In this document: one piece after another, positions 1-12,755 of the stretch | Layout of the letters: the number at the start of each line of letters is the position of its first letter | How positions within the stretch are numbered: the stretch's first letter is position 1 | NCBI RefSeq assembly: GCF_963921235.1 | Contig: NC_086107.1 | Coordinates: 106,952,001-107,016,000 of the forward strand | Direction: 5' to 3' | Source: Mobula hypostoma | Lineage: Eukaryota | DNA: 64,000 nucleotides | Notes under the pieces: model-generated | Told to the model about the DNA's origin: nothing | Seen by the model: the letters and a program-made list of their open reading frames with translations, nothing else | Databases searched by the model: none | Program-made: the position numbers and the translations under genes

Positions 1-1589
1 GAGGGGTGTCACCAGATAGGTGGGGAGGATGAATCGTTCAAAAGGCACACAGGCTCTGTGAAAGTGTAATGGAGATCAGACCGGAACGTGGAAATGAGGC
101 CAAGGTCAGGTCCATACGACCTGACTGAAGGTGATCCACGCGTCCCCTTCCTGTTTGCATTTTTATGTCCTATGTACGGTATGTTATTGACTCCAATAAC
201 CTGGTGAAGATCTGGGTGGCTGCAATCACCCAGAAGGCCTGCTGGGCCTCGAACTCAGCAGGAAAGGGATGGGAAGGAATTTTCAGGGGTGTTTCCGCAT
301 GAGAGATACACAGGAGATTGCTGAAGCTGTAATCCGGGGCAACAGATGATCTGCTGGGGGAGATCAGCAGGGTGAGCTGTGGCTGCATGAGGGAAGGATC
401 CTGTTGACATCCCAGGCCGAAACGAGGACCTGCCGAAGGGCCTCGGCCTGAAACATCGACTGTACTGTTATCCTAGATGCAGCCTGGCCCGCTGGGTTCC
501 TCCAGCGTTTTGTGTGTGTTGCTCAGACTTGCAGCATCTGCAGATTTTCTCTTGTTTGTGATCAGGACAGGTTGCAGGGCTAACGCACTCCTGTTGTAGG
601 GTTTTGGCCTGAAACAACGACAGGTCCTTCCTTCTCACAGATACTGCTTGACCTACTGACTTTACTTGTTTATCTATTGATACCACATGGAGTGGGCCCT
701 TCCAGCCCTTCGAACTGCGCTGTCCCAGCAACCACCGACAACCTAATCACACGGGACAATTCACAACGACCAATTAACTTACCCGGTGCATCTTTGGACT
801 GTGGGAGGAAACTGGAGCACCCGGAGAAAACCCACGCATTCCACCGGGAGGACGTATGGAGTCTCCTTACAGAGGAGGCTGGAATTGAACTTCAAACTCT
901 GAAACGCACCCAGCTGCAACGGCGCGGCGCCAACCTCTGGCTGCTTGTTTGCTCCTAGCTTCCACCAGGTCTTTAAAGAAAGTCAAAGGTTGAAAATCTG
1001 AAAAAAAATACTGCAGATGCTGGAAATCTGAAATTAAACACCGATCTGAAAATCCCGGAAGATCTCCGCAGGATTGGGCAGCATCTGCGGAAGGAGAAGT
1101 AGTTGACACATCAGTCCAGTCTTGTCATGAGCCCCACAGGCCTCTACGGCTTGCCATAGGACGTTGGGCTTCTGGGTTTCTCAAGCACCTATATTTCCTA
1201 ATTGTTAGGGCCGTTGAGCCCAGGAGCTTTCAATTTAATCTTGTTAGGTTGATTGTGACTGGCTCAAGTTTCTCGCACTCTATGATTATTTGAAGGGACT
1301 CTTGTGCTCTGTAAGCGGAGTCCTCCTGTGTGTTTGCGGAGAATGATTTGCCCTGCGGTGTCGCTCGGTCGTGCCTCCGGTGCTCTGTTAGTACTCCTAC
1401 GTCGAACTTCTTGTCTCGGTCTCTGCTGTTCCTCTGCTCCTCGGGTCGAGTCGTTTCCAGCGCACTCCGTGACTTTATCAGTCCTGCTGGCGTGCAGGAA
1501 TCCTTCATCGAAACTTTAAGAAAAGCTGCAATGGGTTCTGATGCATTTACGGGAGATGGAATTACTTTTTAAAGTTTTTTCATGAAGTT

Positions 1590-2125
1590 ATATATAACCG
1601 TATAACAATTACAGCATGGAAACAGGCCATCTCAGCCCTTCTAGTCTGTGCCAAACTCTTACTCTCATCTAGTCCCACCGACCTGCACTCAGCCCATAAC
1701 CCTCCATTCCTTTCCTGTCCATATATCTATCCAATTTAACTTTAAGCGACAACATCGAACCTGCCTCAACCACTTCTGCTGGAAGCTCGTTCCACACAGC
1801 TACCACTCTCTGAGTAAAGAAGTTCCCCCTCATGTTACCCCTAAACTTTTGCCCTTTAACTCTCAACTCATGTCCTCTTGTTTGAATCTCCCCCACTCTC
1901 AATGGAAAAAGCCTATCCATGTCAACTCTATCTATCCCCCTCATAATTTTAAATACCCCTATCAAGTCCCACCTCAACCTGCTACGTTCCAAAGAATAAA
2001 GACCCAACCTGTTCAACCTTCCTCTGTAACTTAGGTGATGAAACCCTGGTGACATTCTAGTAAATCTTCTCTGTACTCTCTCTATTTTGTTGACATCTTT
2101 CCTATAATTCGGTGACCCAACTCTA
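1590..2125 (-). mobile_element. CR1-clade LINE 3' end
   Basis: Encodes SPNYRKDVNKIERVQRRFTRM...RLGLYSLERSRLRWDLIGVFKIM...TRGHEL...FFTQRVVAVWNELP. Confidence 0.9.
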
Positions 2126-2305
2126 ATCACTATAGCAACACCATCACCACTTTGATCACTTTGTATTAAAAAGGACTATTTTTCTTCTAATTTTTTTTTT
2201 TGTAAAAATTGCATATCATCTATTTGTTTTCTTGTAAATGCTGCTTAGAATTTGCTCCGTGGCTGTGATGCTACTGCAAGTAGGTTTCCCATTATAATTA
2301 TGTGG

Positions 2306-2928
2306 GACTCAGTGGCCGTTTTATTAGGTACAGGAGAGGAACCCAGTGTGATCTTCTGCTGCTGTAGCCCGTCCACTTCAACGTTCAACAGGTTGTGTGT
2401 TCAAAGAGTCTCTTCTGCACACTACTATTGTAATGTGTGGCTACTTGAGTTACTGTTGTTTTCCCATCAGCTTGAACCAGTCTGGCCATTCTCCTCCGAC
2501 GTCTCTCGGTAACAAGGCATTTCCACCCACAGAACTGCCTCTTGCTAGATTTTTTTTTTTTGTTTTTCACACCATCCTCTGCAAACTCTAGAGACTGTTG
2601 TGCGTGAAAATCCCAGGAGAACAGCAGTTTGTGAGATACTCAAAGCACCCTGTCTGGCACCAACAGTCATTCCATGGTCAAAGTCACTTGGGTCACTTTT
2701 CTTCCCCAATTCTGATGTTTGGTCTGAGCAACAACTGAACCTCTTGACCAAAGGTTACCAACCAGGGGTCCACAGACCTTGCATTAATGGTAGGGGGTCC
2801 ATAGCATAAAAAGGGTTGGGGAGCCCATCTAGACCATGTCTTCACGCTTTAATGGGCTGATTGGCTGATTAGATATTTGGATTGATGGGCAGGTGTACAG
2901 GTGTACCTAATAAAGTGGCCACTGAGTC
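2306..2928 (-). mobile_element. Tc1/mariner deletion derivative
   Basis: TIRs ACTCAGTGGCC..TTTATTAGGTACA / TGTACCTAATAAAGTGGCCACTGAGT. Transposase N-terminal remnant GKKSDPSDFDHGMTVGARQGALSISQTAVLLGFSRTTVSRV. Confidence 0.85.
2749..2826. mobile_element. Same hAT MITE nested in the Tc1 derivative
   Basis: Inverted-orientation homologue of 45192-45271, with TSD-like CTCTTGAC/ATCTAGAC. Confidence 0.55.
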
Positions 2929-3109
2929 TACGTGCTTAAGCAATGCCAGTCAACTCAACTTTGACTTTCACAATTTGCATCTTTAGTACAACACATAAAG
3001 TCGATTTTAATTTGTAAAATATTTCTTCAGAAGATTGTTCCCAAAATTAAATCAAGGAATAATGCTGGAGTTTAGAAGAATAAGTGGATGGGGGGGGGTG
3101 GTGGGGGCA

Positions 3110-3475
3110 GAATTTCATAGAAACCTACCGAATATTAAAAGGCCTAGATAAAGTGGACATGACAGAGGATGATTTTAATAGAGGGAGGGTTCAGGACAGG
3201 AGGGAACAGCCTCAGAATAGAAGGACATCTCTTTAGAACAGAAACGAGGAAGAATTTCTTTAGTCAGAGGCGGTGAATCTGTGGAATTCATTGCCATGTA
3301 TGGGTGTGGGGCCAAGTTCTTGGATATATTTAAAGCAGAGCTTGCCAAGTTCTTGATTAGTAAGAGAGAAGGCAGGAGAATGAGGTTGGGAGGGAAAATA
3401 AATCAACCATGAGTGAAGGGCGGAACAGATCCGATGGGCGGAATGGCCTACTTCTGCTCCTATGTTTTATGATCA
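3110..3475 (+). mobile_element. CR1-clade LINE 3' end (decayed)
   Basis: Contains the gaggaagaatttctttagtcagagg..gaatctgtggaattcattgcca motif and the CR1 3' terminus. Confidence 0.7.
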
Positions 3476-4489
3476 CATGGCCATACATGGCGATGCAGGT
3501 CTGCCCTCCACATTAATTTTTTTTGAGCTCCTGTCCACGCCTTGTGGCACATCGGGTGGCAACCTTGCTGTTTCTTTAGCACTTTTGTCTGTTCTTTACG
3601 AGGCTGAGTTGCTAGCTTGATGCTCAGCCCAGCACGGATGGAAAGCCTGCAAGGAGCCGGCTGGATTCGAACCCAGGACAACTCGCCTCGAAGTCTGGTG
3701 TGGATGCTACTCCACCGCCGGTCGGCTACTGCATTCATTGGTCCCTGGGCTTATGCAGCTGCAGTTTGCAGTTCTCCTTTACGGAGCCCACTCATTGCTC
3801 AGGGACCCAATGCAAGCAACACCAGGCCAAGTCCTGCAGACTGTCTTCAGCAACTCTTTAGAGGCTGACATCCTATATGTTCTGAAGACCTGGCTGACCG
3901 CTCGACATCTGGACGTGCCATTGAGCAGTGGAGGAGATGCCCTCTGAAGAGTAGGTCTGGATGTCTTTAGCACGTGGCTCCAGGGCTTGGTGGATAATGA
4001 ACAAGAATCCCATCCATTTGAAAACAGTGAGAGCAGATGAGTGCTTGAATTGTTGTACTATATTTCAATAAGCTTCCATTATTCAGTGGAGTTTTTAATG
4101 CATTTTAAATTTTTAAAAATTTTTAGAAGAAGTTTTATGTTATCCTTTAATTATTGAAATCCAGTTGAATAGTTTTTAAATGTCTTGATCTGAGACATTT
4201 AAAAGCTATTAATTTTATTCTTTCAGCAGCTGACTTGTTGCCAGGGTAACAGAAGGAGGACAGAACGCCAGGATGCACAGCCTGAGGCCTACTTGAAGTT
4301 CAGTGCCAGATCAGCCTCAGAGTGTGCCTCTGAGTGGGGAAGGGGGGATGCAGAGGAGGTTGAAGTAGGTGGTCAGTTCTCCTGGCCCTCTGCATTTAAT
4401 TGAAATTTAAGAGTGGACATGATTTCTCTATGAGTGGTGGTTCCGGGGCAGTCTGGCCCAACGAGGAGAGGTTCTCGCCGCTTACCAGT

Positions 4490-5020
4490 CACTGGCAAAT
4501 TTCTACAGATGTACTGTGGAGAGCATTCGAACTGGCTGCATCACCATCTGGTAATGGGTGGGGCCGTGTTACTGTACAGGATCAGCTTAAGCTGCAGTGA
4601 GTTTTAAAATTAGTCAGCTCCATCACGGACACTACTAGCCCCCGTAGTATCCAGGTCATCTTCAAGGAACACTGCCTCAGAAAGGCGGCGTCCATTATTA
4701 AGGACCCTCACCACCCAGGACGTGTTGCCTTCTCATTGCTTCCAGAGGTACCGGAGCCTGAAGGCACACACTCAGTGATTCAGGAACAGCTTCTTCCCCT
4801 CTGCCATCCGATTTCTGAATGGACATTGAACCCATGAACACTACCTCACTACTTTCTTATTTCTATTTTTGCACTATTTATTTAATTTAACGATTTAATA
4901 TATATACTTACTGTAATTCACATTTTACTTCTTCTCTCTAATATTACGTATTGCACTGAACTGCTGCTGCAAAGACAACAAATTTCACGATGTATGACAG
5001 TGATATTAAACCTGATTCTG
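4490..5020 (+). mobile_element. Rex1-like 3' end (representative of a recurrent family)
   Basis: Motif gtccattattaaggacc..cacccaggac..gagcctgaaggcacacactca..ttcaggaacagcttcttcccctctgccatc. Other copies at ~21680, 24360, 30245, 40335, 42680, 45660 and 46650. Confidence 0.7.
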
Positions 5021-7134
5021 AGTTACAACGCTCCACACAGATGCTGATTTCCCAGTCAGGCTCCATGTGGCTCCATCAGCTCCTTCAGGAGATTAACAAG
5101 CCCAATCCTTTCCAACTCCCTTGCATATTTCTTATTTTGCCAGTAGCATCGCGAATGATTGGCATTCGTGCTCATCCACTGGTGTGGCCCCCCGACAGCC
5201 CTTCAAAGGGTGGTGTCAGTATTGTGCACTTCTGCTCAGCTTTTTCAAGTCAAGTTGAGTTTATTGTCATTTATTCCGCCAGACGAGACAACCTTTCTCT
5301 GGACCAGGGTGTAGAGCACAGTAGTACACACAACCCACAATGACTTAGGAAAATAAGAATTAAATCTGCCAATGAGTTACACATAGAAAAGCAAAGTAAA
5401 GTGCATAAATTAAATATTGTAGGGCACAGTACAAATTATCCGGTGACATGTCGAACGCGATGCGGCAGGGAGTTCTAATGGTCTGGGGGAAGAAACTGTT
5501 CCCCATCTGACCGGTCTTGGATTTATGCATCGGAGTCTGCTGCCTGATGGTAGAAAGTCAACGAGGGTGCTGGGCGGATGGGTGGGATCCTAAGAGCCCT
5601 GCATACGCAGGGGAGGGAGGGGAGGGAACGTCGACTCAGAGAGGCCTGCGTCGGGCACTTTCATGCCTTACAAGGCGCAGATTGGAAGTCTGTGTGGGGC
5701 GCCACTCCTCACACAGACACTAGAGCAATGTGTGATTATGTGCCTTGCTCAAGGGCACAAACACGCTGCCACAGCTGAGGCTTGAACCAGCAACCTTCAG
5801 ATCACTAGACGAACGCCTTAACCACTTGGCCACATGCTGATAAGCAGATAAGGCCGTGATACCAATCCCGATGAGTTCTTTACCATGATCCATCCAAGTC
5901 ACCCATGTTGACTTCTGTCCATTGGCAATATGGCTTCAAGGTCTATAACCTTTATGTGGGTTAGAGCAATATATTGAAGTTCAAAGTTCAAGATACATTT
6001 ATTATCGAAGAATGTGTACCGTATACAATCTTGAGATTCATCTTCTTGCAGGTAGCCACAAAACAAAGAAACGCAACAGAATCCATGAAAAGTCGCACAT
6101 CACAAAGGCCGTCAAACACCCAATGTGTAAAAAAAGAACAAATTGTGTGAACAATTAAAAAAAGTAAACTAGTAATGCACAGAACATGAAGTGCAGAGTG
6201 AGTTTACAGCCTTGGAGTCCAGTTCAGCGCTGCCGTGAGAGCTGATGGCTGCAGGTTCATTTCAGTGCTGAGGTAAGGAAACCCCAGGAGTAGTGATTTG
6301 TCCTTCACCCTCAACCTCAAGGCCTAAATCTTTCCAATCTGGCTCGGCTCTTAAATCGGCTAAACATTGGTTCACTTTTTGTTCTTGGGCCTGGGCCCTG
6401 CTGCTTCAGTCCAGCCCAGAGTTTCAATCGGGCTTGAAGTCCACTCCAGTAATGGCCGCTGTGGCCGTACCCGCATTCTCAAAAGTCCAGTTTGTCAAAT
6501 CCTTCACCATACGGCAAAAACCCCAGGCCGTACAGATGGTTCAACTCCCAAAGGGAAATTGCAGGCTGCGGATCGCGGTGATCGCAGTCCAGGTAAAGTA
6601 TATTTTATTTAAAAGAGTTAAAAGCAAGTGAAAGCGTGCAAGCAAAATAAAATGTAGCAAGGAATCTGAGGATGCTCCAAGGGAAAGTTATTAAACTTGA
6701 CAATGAGGGCACTTAAAGTGAGATTAAGACAAGGTCAAAGAGGAACGTTTTAAAGATTAGCTTTATTTATCGCATGCACATTGAAACATGGACACGCAGT
6801 GAAATGTGCGGTCAACTAGAGGCAGCCATCAAGTGTCGCCATGCTTCCAGTGCCAACACAGCATGCCCAGGACTTACTAACTTAACCTGTACGTCTTTGG
6901 AACGTGGGAGGAGTGTGAAGCACCTTGAGGAAACCCACATGGTCATGGGGAGAGCACACAAACTCCTTATGACCGTACGGGAACTGAACCCCGGTCGCTG
7001 ATTACTGACACTGTATTAGCATTACGCTGGCCACCCTGCGACCACGCTGGTAGGAGCACCCTGAAATAAGAGAGCGGTGGAGAGGGACTTCCAGAGCTTG
7101 GGGCTTAGCTAAGTGAAGGGCTGACTGTAAATAA

Positions 7135-8170
7135 GACCATTTGACCATAAAGCAGAGAAGTAGAGCCATGCCATTCGGCCCATTGAGTCTGCTCCGCCAT
7201 TCCATCAGGGCTGACTTATTATCCCTCTCAACCCCATTCTCCTGTCTTCTCCTTGTAGCCTTTGACACCCTTACTAATCAAGAACATAGACTATATTCTT
7301 TATGCAACATTTTCATATGATGTAATTTGACCTTTCCGAATCCTTCTTATTAACTTAAAATATATGAATAGAGGAGCAGAGTTGACGACATTACTGAACG
7401 TGTTCGATTCAAGATATTGGTCTAGCTCTGTTTTGTTCCATTTGCTTTTTTTGGGTTTACTATTTAGTTCTTTTTTTTTCTTTTTTTTGGGGGGTTTTTC
7501 TTTGCATATATATTTTTTTCTTTTTATTTCTTTTTCTTTATGATTACTTTCATCATGAGTTTGAAGGTCTATTTGAAATCTGTTTTGTATATGTTTATTA
7601 ATAATAAGATATTTCAATCTCCCTGTATTAACATTGTTATTGTGTTTATAATTTTGAAAATTAATAAAAAGATTTAAAAAGAAAGAAAAAGACTATATTC
7701 TCTGCTTTAAATGACTTGGCCTCCGCAACCACCTGTGGGTATGAATTCCACAGATTCACCATCCTCTGGCTAAAGAAATTCCTCTTCATCTCTGTTTTCA
7801 AAGGATGTCCAATTCTGAGGCTGTGTCCACTGGTCCTAGACTCCCTCACTAAAGAGACATCCTCTCCATATCCACTCTAGCTAGACCTTTCAATATTCAA
7901 TAGGTTTCAACGAGATCCCACCTCATTCTTATAAACTCCAGTGAGTATGACCCCAGAGCCATCAAACACTCTTCATACATGAATCCTTTTATTCCTGGGA
8001 TTATTTTCATGAACCTCCTCTCCAATGCCAGCACATCCTTTCATAGATTGGGGCCTAAAACTGCTCACAATACTCCAAGTGCGGTCTGACCAATGCCTTG
8101 TAAACCCTCAGTATTACATCCTTGCTTCTATATTCTAGTCCTCTTGAAATGAATGCTAACATGATGCAGG
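7135..8170 (-). mobile_element. CR1-clade LINE 3' part, interrupted at ~7290-7690 by an AT-rich insert
   Basis: Encodes ESRTSGHSLRIGHPLKTEMKRNFFSQRMVNLWNS. ACTATATTCT is duplicated around the insert (~7290 and ~7692). Confidence 0.75.
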
Positions 8171-9550
8171 AATTAAGTTAAGGTTTGTCCAAGTGGCGAT
8201 AATTGCAAAAGTGTAGGGGTCTTGGATTTTGGAGAGGATCGCAGGGGTGGAGATGGGCAATTCATTGAAGTTATCAGTGAACCCATTGTACCTTGTGTTA
8301 CGGTTGTGGTACTGGGAGGCCAGGATGGCTGTGAATAACACACACAGGAGACAGTGGGGTGAGGAAAAAATGAGCTGCTGTTTATTTTGCTTGTAAGTCA
8401 CCAACCCAGAACGCCCTCTTGCATTGTGTTCAGTACGTAACGCACAGGGAAACTCAACTATAAGGGTCAGAATATACATGAACGCATAACACTTTTGGAC
8501 AGGTATATGGCTGGTAGGAATACGGAGGGCTATGGTCTCGGTTCAGGTTGATGGGAGTAGACTGTTTAAGTGTTTTGGCATGGACTAGATGGGCCGAAGG
8601 GCCTGATTCTGTGCTGTTGTTTGTTGTTCGTCCATTGTATGTCGATGAGGACCTATACACGTGTGATTTGGATTTAAGTGAGAGAGAGTTGCGCAGCGTC
8701 AGCCTCACTCTCTCTTCCCAATTCCCATCTGGATCCAGTGGCAAGACAAGAGTCGAGACAGCTGGAGATGGGACTGGGCGCAGTGGATGACCAGGACGTC
8801 TTCTGTGTCTTGCCCTGCTCTACACATTCCACGACGCTTGCAGAGACCGCCTTCTTGACCGTTGGACCTTCCGCTGGTCTCGTCCGCTCAATCCGCCGGA
8901 GTCTGTCTTCACATGCTGGGATGGACAACTCCCTATCTCACCTAGGGTTTGAGACCCGTTGGCTACCCTCACCTGGTTTAGCCGGCTTGTCGAAGCCGTT
9001 GCCCGGGGCGTGGCCGCTGTTGCATGCAAACAGCTATGGGGAGCCACAGGTGAGAGCTGAGTGCCAGGTGGGGACCAAAGGTGGAATAACCGCCCTGAAA
9101 AGGACGCGACATGTTACCCCACCAGAGGTGCTACCCCTCCCTGACACCCCATACACCCCTGTGCTGTACTTCTCTATGACTCTGTGGCTTTGGCACTCGC
9201 AGGATGGTAATAGATGGACCATGGACACCTCGTGCTCGTAATTATCTGTGCAACCATTTTGATGCCTCGAGAGGAGAGTGTTAGGGTGCACTCTGGAGTT
9301 GGGGGATATAGCAACTATTAATTTCAACAGCAGCCACTCTTCAGCTCTGGACGAGGACTGCAGGTTGAATTTAACACACGGCTCAGAACAATGGGGTTCC
9401 TGGAGCTGCAGGTTTCAGGTCAAGCGCAAACGAAAAAAAAAACGCTCTACTTAGACTTCCGATGCTTGCCAATGCATGAATGCGCCGGGGTCAGTGGAGA
9501 TTAATATTCATTTTGGGTGGGTGTGAAGAAGGAGGTGTTCGAAAACAATA

Positions 9551-9773
9551 TGTAATTCAAAGGAAGCATTGTAGATACGTTGTAACTATAGAATTGCCCT
9601 GCTCTTATCTTTGATCTTTAGCATATAAAAATGTCATGCGATATTGGTTCAAGCAGACCTCTTCTTCCAAGAGTGTCTCAATATGATGCCTGTTGCTTGT
9701 TTTTGCTGAATAAAACACTTCTATATCCAATAGCTCCAGTGTCTCTCCTGTGACTTTGTTCACAGTTACTACA
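9551..9773 (+). mobile_element. Probable solo or partial LTR
   Basis: TG...CTACA ends with internal TATAAAA (~9624) and AATAAA (~9709). No target-site duplication found. Confidence 0.4.
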
Positions 9774-10644
9774 GAGAGTAATGAGTAATCACCTCACCCT
9801 GCTTCCCACCTTCTCAGCTTACAATCACAATCTCTTCAGCAGAGTGAGTTCGAATCTCACAGGCATCTGCTTTATTCCAAAGAGGTTCAGTCCCACACCA
9901 GGTTTCTCACTGGCACAGGAAGTAGGCTCCCACATAGGTGAGATCCAATCACACAAGATAGCAAAGAGTACCAGAATTGAAGCTAAACTTCCTGGGCTCT
10001 TCCCACTCCCTCCCTCTCTCTGCCATCTGCATTTCATACCTACCCACTACACCCAGCGAGATCAGATGGGGAGGTTTTGCTTTCCTAATAGCTATGTTTT
10101 CCTATTTATTGTGCCTCAGTAAAATACGGCATGCTAGGGACTTTGGTGGTGTTGGATTAGTAGATTTTCTGTAATATTGGATTGTATCCCTATTGATAAC
10201 CGAACACATATTTAATTCACTCTTTTAAGATGTGGCACAAACTTCCTAGTGAACTCGGTGTGTATGAAGGAAGCACAGGAAATAGGACCCTGGTAAGTTT
10301 ACCAATAGCGCGAGAAATGCCCCAGGCGATGAGGTTAATGGGGGTACAAGAATAAAGGCTGGAAGAGTTTGAAGGGAGCATACGTATTGAGCCCACCCCC
10401 AGCCAGACGGAAGTGAACTGGATCCCTAGTGAGGGGAAGGGAGAGCAGGAAATCTTATCTAGTGAGTCAGGTGCCAAACCTTTGGATAGTGAACTATCAG
10501 AGTATGGAATGGACTACTTGGTACAATTCTATTTTGTTTTATTTGGAGTATGTGATAGGTCATTCTGGCCCTTTGAGCTGAACCTCTGATTTCATCCTAG
10601 CCTAATCACAGGACAACCTACAATAACCAATTAACCTATTAGCC

Positions 10645-11210
10645 AGAGCAACACACGCAGAATGCTGGAGGAACTCGGCATCTATGGAAATGAGTAAACA
10701 GTCGACCTTTTGGGCCGAGACCCTTCATCAGGACTGGGATGGCTGGGGGAAGATGCCACAATGAAAAAGTGGGGTGGGGAAGGAGGGTAGCCAGAAGGTG
10801 ATAGGTGAGGCCAGGTGGGTGGGAAAGGTCAAGGGCTGGAGGGAAAGGAATCTGATAGGAGAGGAGGGAGAACAATAGGAGAAAGGGAAAGAGGAGGGGA
10901 GTCAGGCAGGTGAGAAGAGGTAAGAGGACAGAGTGGGGAATAGAAGAAGAAAGGAGGGCGAGGGAATTTTTTTTAACCAGAAAGAGAAATCGATATTCAT
11001 TCCATCAGGTTGGAGGCTACTAGGATGGAATAAAAGGTGTTGCTCCTCCACCCTAGGGGTGGCCTCATTGTGGCAGAAGAGGAGGCTATGGACTGACATG
11101 ACAGACATGCCATCAGGTTGGAGGCTACCCAGACAGAATATAATGTGTTTCTCCTCCACCTTGAGTGGGCCACATCGTGGCAGAAGAGGAAGTCATGGAC
11201 TGACATGGTG
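10645..11210 (-). mobile_element. Penelope-like element 3' end (GIY-YIG C-terminus remnant, pyrimidine-rich tail, degenerate hammerhead)
   Basis: Encodes EATPRVEEQHLLFHPSSLQPDGMNIDFS and EEKHIIFCLGSLQPDGM, similar to the PLE endonuclease end LEEQHLIFRLGxLQPxGMN. Degenerate hammerhead CTGATGAagggtctcggcccAAAAggtc at ~10700-10735. Confidence 0.7.
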
Positions 11211-12053
11211 GTACGTCTTTGGAGTGTGGGAGGAAACCAGAGGACCTGGAGAATACCTACGCATTCCACGTGGAGGGCAAACCGACTCCTTACAGATGAC
11301 ACTGGAATTGAACTCCGAGCTCTAATGCCCTGAGCTGTGATAATGTCACGCTAACTGCTACACTACCGTGGCACCCAAAGTTCTAAAGGATGAACAGGAA
11401 CCTGGTTTTACCATGGAGAAGCAGGAGATGGCAGATACTGGAAAAGTTCAAAACTTACCCAAAACATTAAGTGTCTATTTATGATGTCTGACCCAATGTG
11501 TTTCTCCTGCAGTTTGTGTTTTGAACTTAGTTGTACGGACGCACAGGCTCTGTAAAGTGGCAGGGCACGTGGAGATAATTGTTCATAATGTGGGTTTTAT
11601 TCCTACAGAGTACAATGCATTGGTTAGGCCACAACTGTATCCATTTCTGGCCGCCGCTCTTTAGGAAGGATGTGAAGATCCTTCAGAGGACGCAGAAAGG
11701 GCTTGCTGGAATATTTCTGAGGATGACGGGTTTTCGTTCTCAGGTCAGACAGGAGGGACTGATGTTGTTCTACCTGTGGCAGAGAAGGTTGAGAGGAGAT
11801 GCAGAAAGAGTGGACCAAGATCAACATGGGTGTAGACAGGGAGAACAGAGGGAAACTTTTCCCAGCAGCAGATGGTTTAGAGACCTCAGGACACAGATTT
11901 AAAATTTGGGGACAGAGAGAGGATTTAGGGGTCAGGTTTAGAGCTTTAGGAACAGGGATCTGGAGGAATTCGAGGATGGGCTGGAGTCTTAAGTCTTGAG
12001 TTACCGTCCCGCGCTTGAAGCACAGTGATACAGACGTGGGACATCTGCAGACC

Positions 12054-12755
12054 ACAATAGACAATAGACAATAGGTGCAGGAGTAGGCCATTCGGCCCTT
12101 CGAGCCAGCACCGCTTTTCACTGTGATCATGGCTGATCACCCACAATCAGTACCCCGTTCCTGCCTTCCCCCCATATCCCTTGACTCCACTATCTTTAAG
12201 AGCTCTATCTAACTCTTTCTTGAAAGAATCCAGAGAATTGGCCTCCACTGCCCTCTGAGGCAGAGCATTCCACAGATCCACAACTCTCTGGGTGAAAAAG
12301 TTTTTCCTCAACTCCGTTCTAAATGGCCTACCCCTTAATCTCAAATTGTGGCCTCTGGTTCTAGACTCCCCCAACATCGGGAACATGTTTTCTGCCTCTA
12401 GCGTGTCCAATCCTTTAATAATCTTATATGTTTCAATTAAATCCCCTGTCATCCTTCTAAATTCCAGTGTATACAACCCCAGTTGCTCCAATCTTTCGAC
12501 ATATGACAGTCCCGCCATCCCAGGAATTAACCTCGTGAACCTACGCTGCACTCCCTCAACAGCAAGAATGTCCTTCCTCAAATTTGGAGACCAAAACTGT
12601 ACACAATATTCCAGGTGGGGTCTCACCAGGGCCCTGTACAACTGCAGAAGGACCTCTTTGCTCCTATACTCAACTCCCCTTGTTATGAAGGCCAGCATGC
12701 CATTAGCTTTCTTCACTGCCTGCTGTACCTGCATGCTTACTTTCAGTGACCGATG
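12054..12755 (-). mobile_element. CR1-clade LINE 3' end, well preserved
   Basis: Open frame QQAVKKANGMLAFITRGVEYRSKEVLLQLYRALVRPHLEYCVQFWSP...GYGGKAGTGY, with a (CAATAGA)n tail. Confidence 0.92.

Noticed and set aside
1123..1510. Possible solo LTR starting TGTCATGA
   Set aside because: No convincing terminal CA inverted end or target-site duplication.
8678..9241. 187-aa ORF
   Set aside because: No recognisable protein. It sits in an insert that splits a CR1 3' terminus and is probably retroelement UTR-derived.
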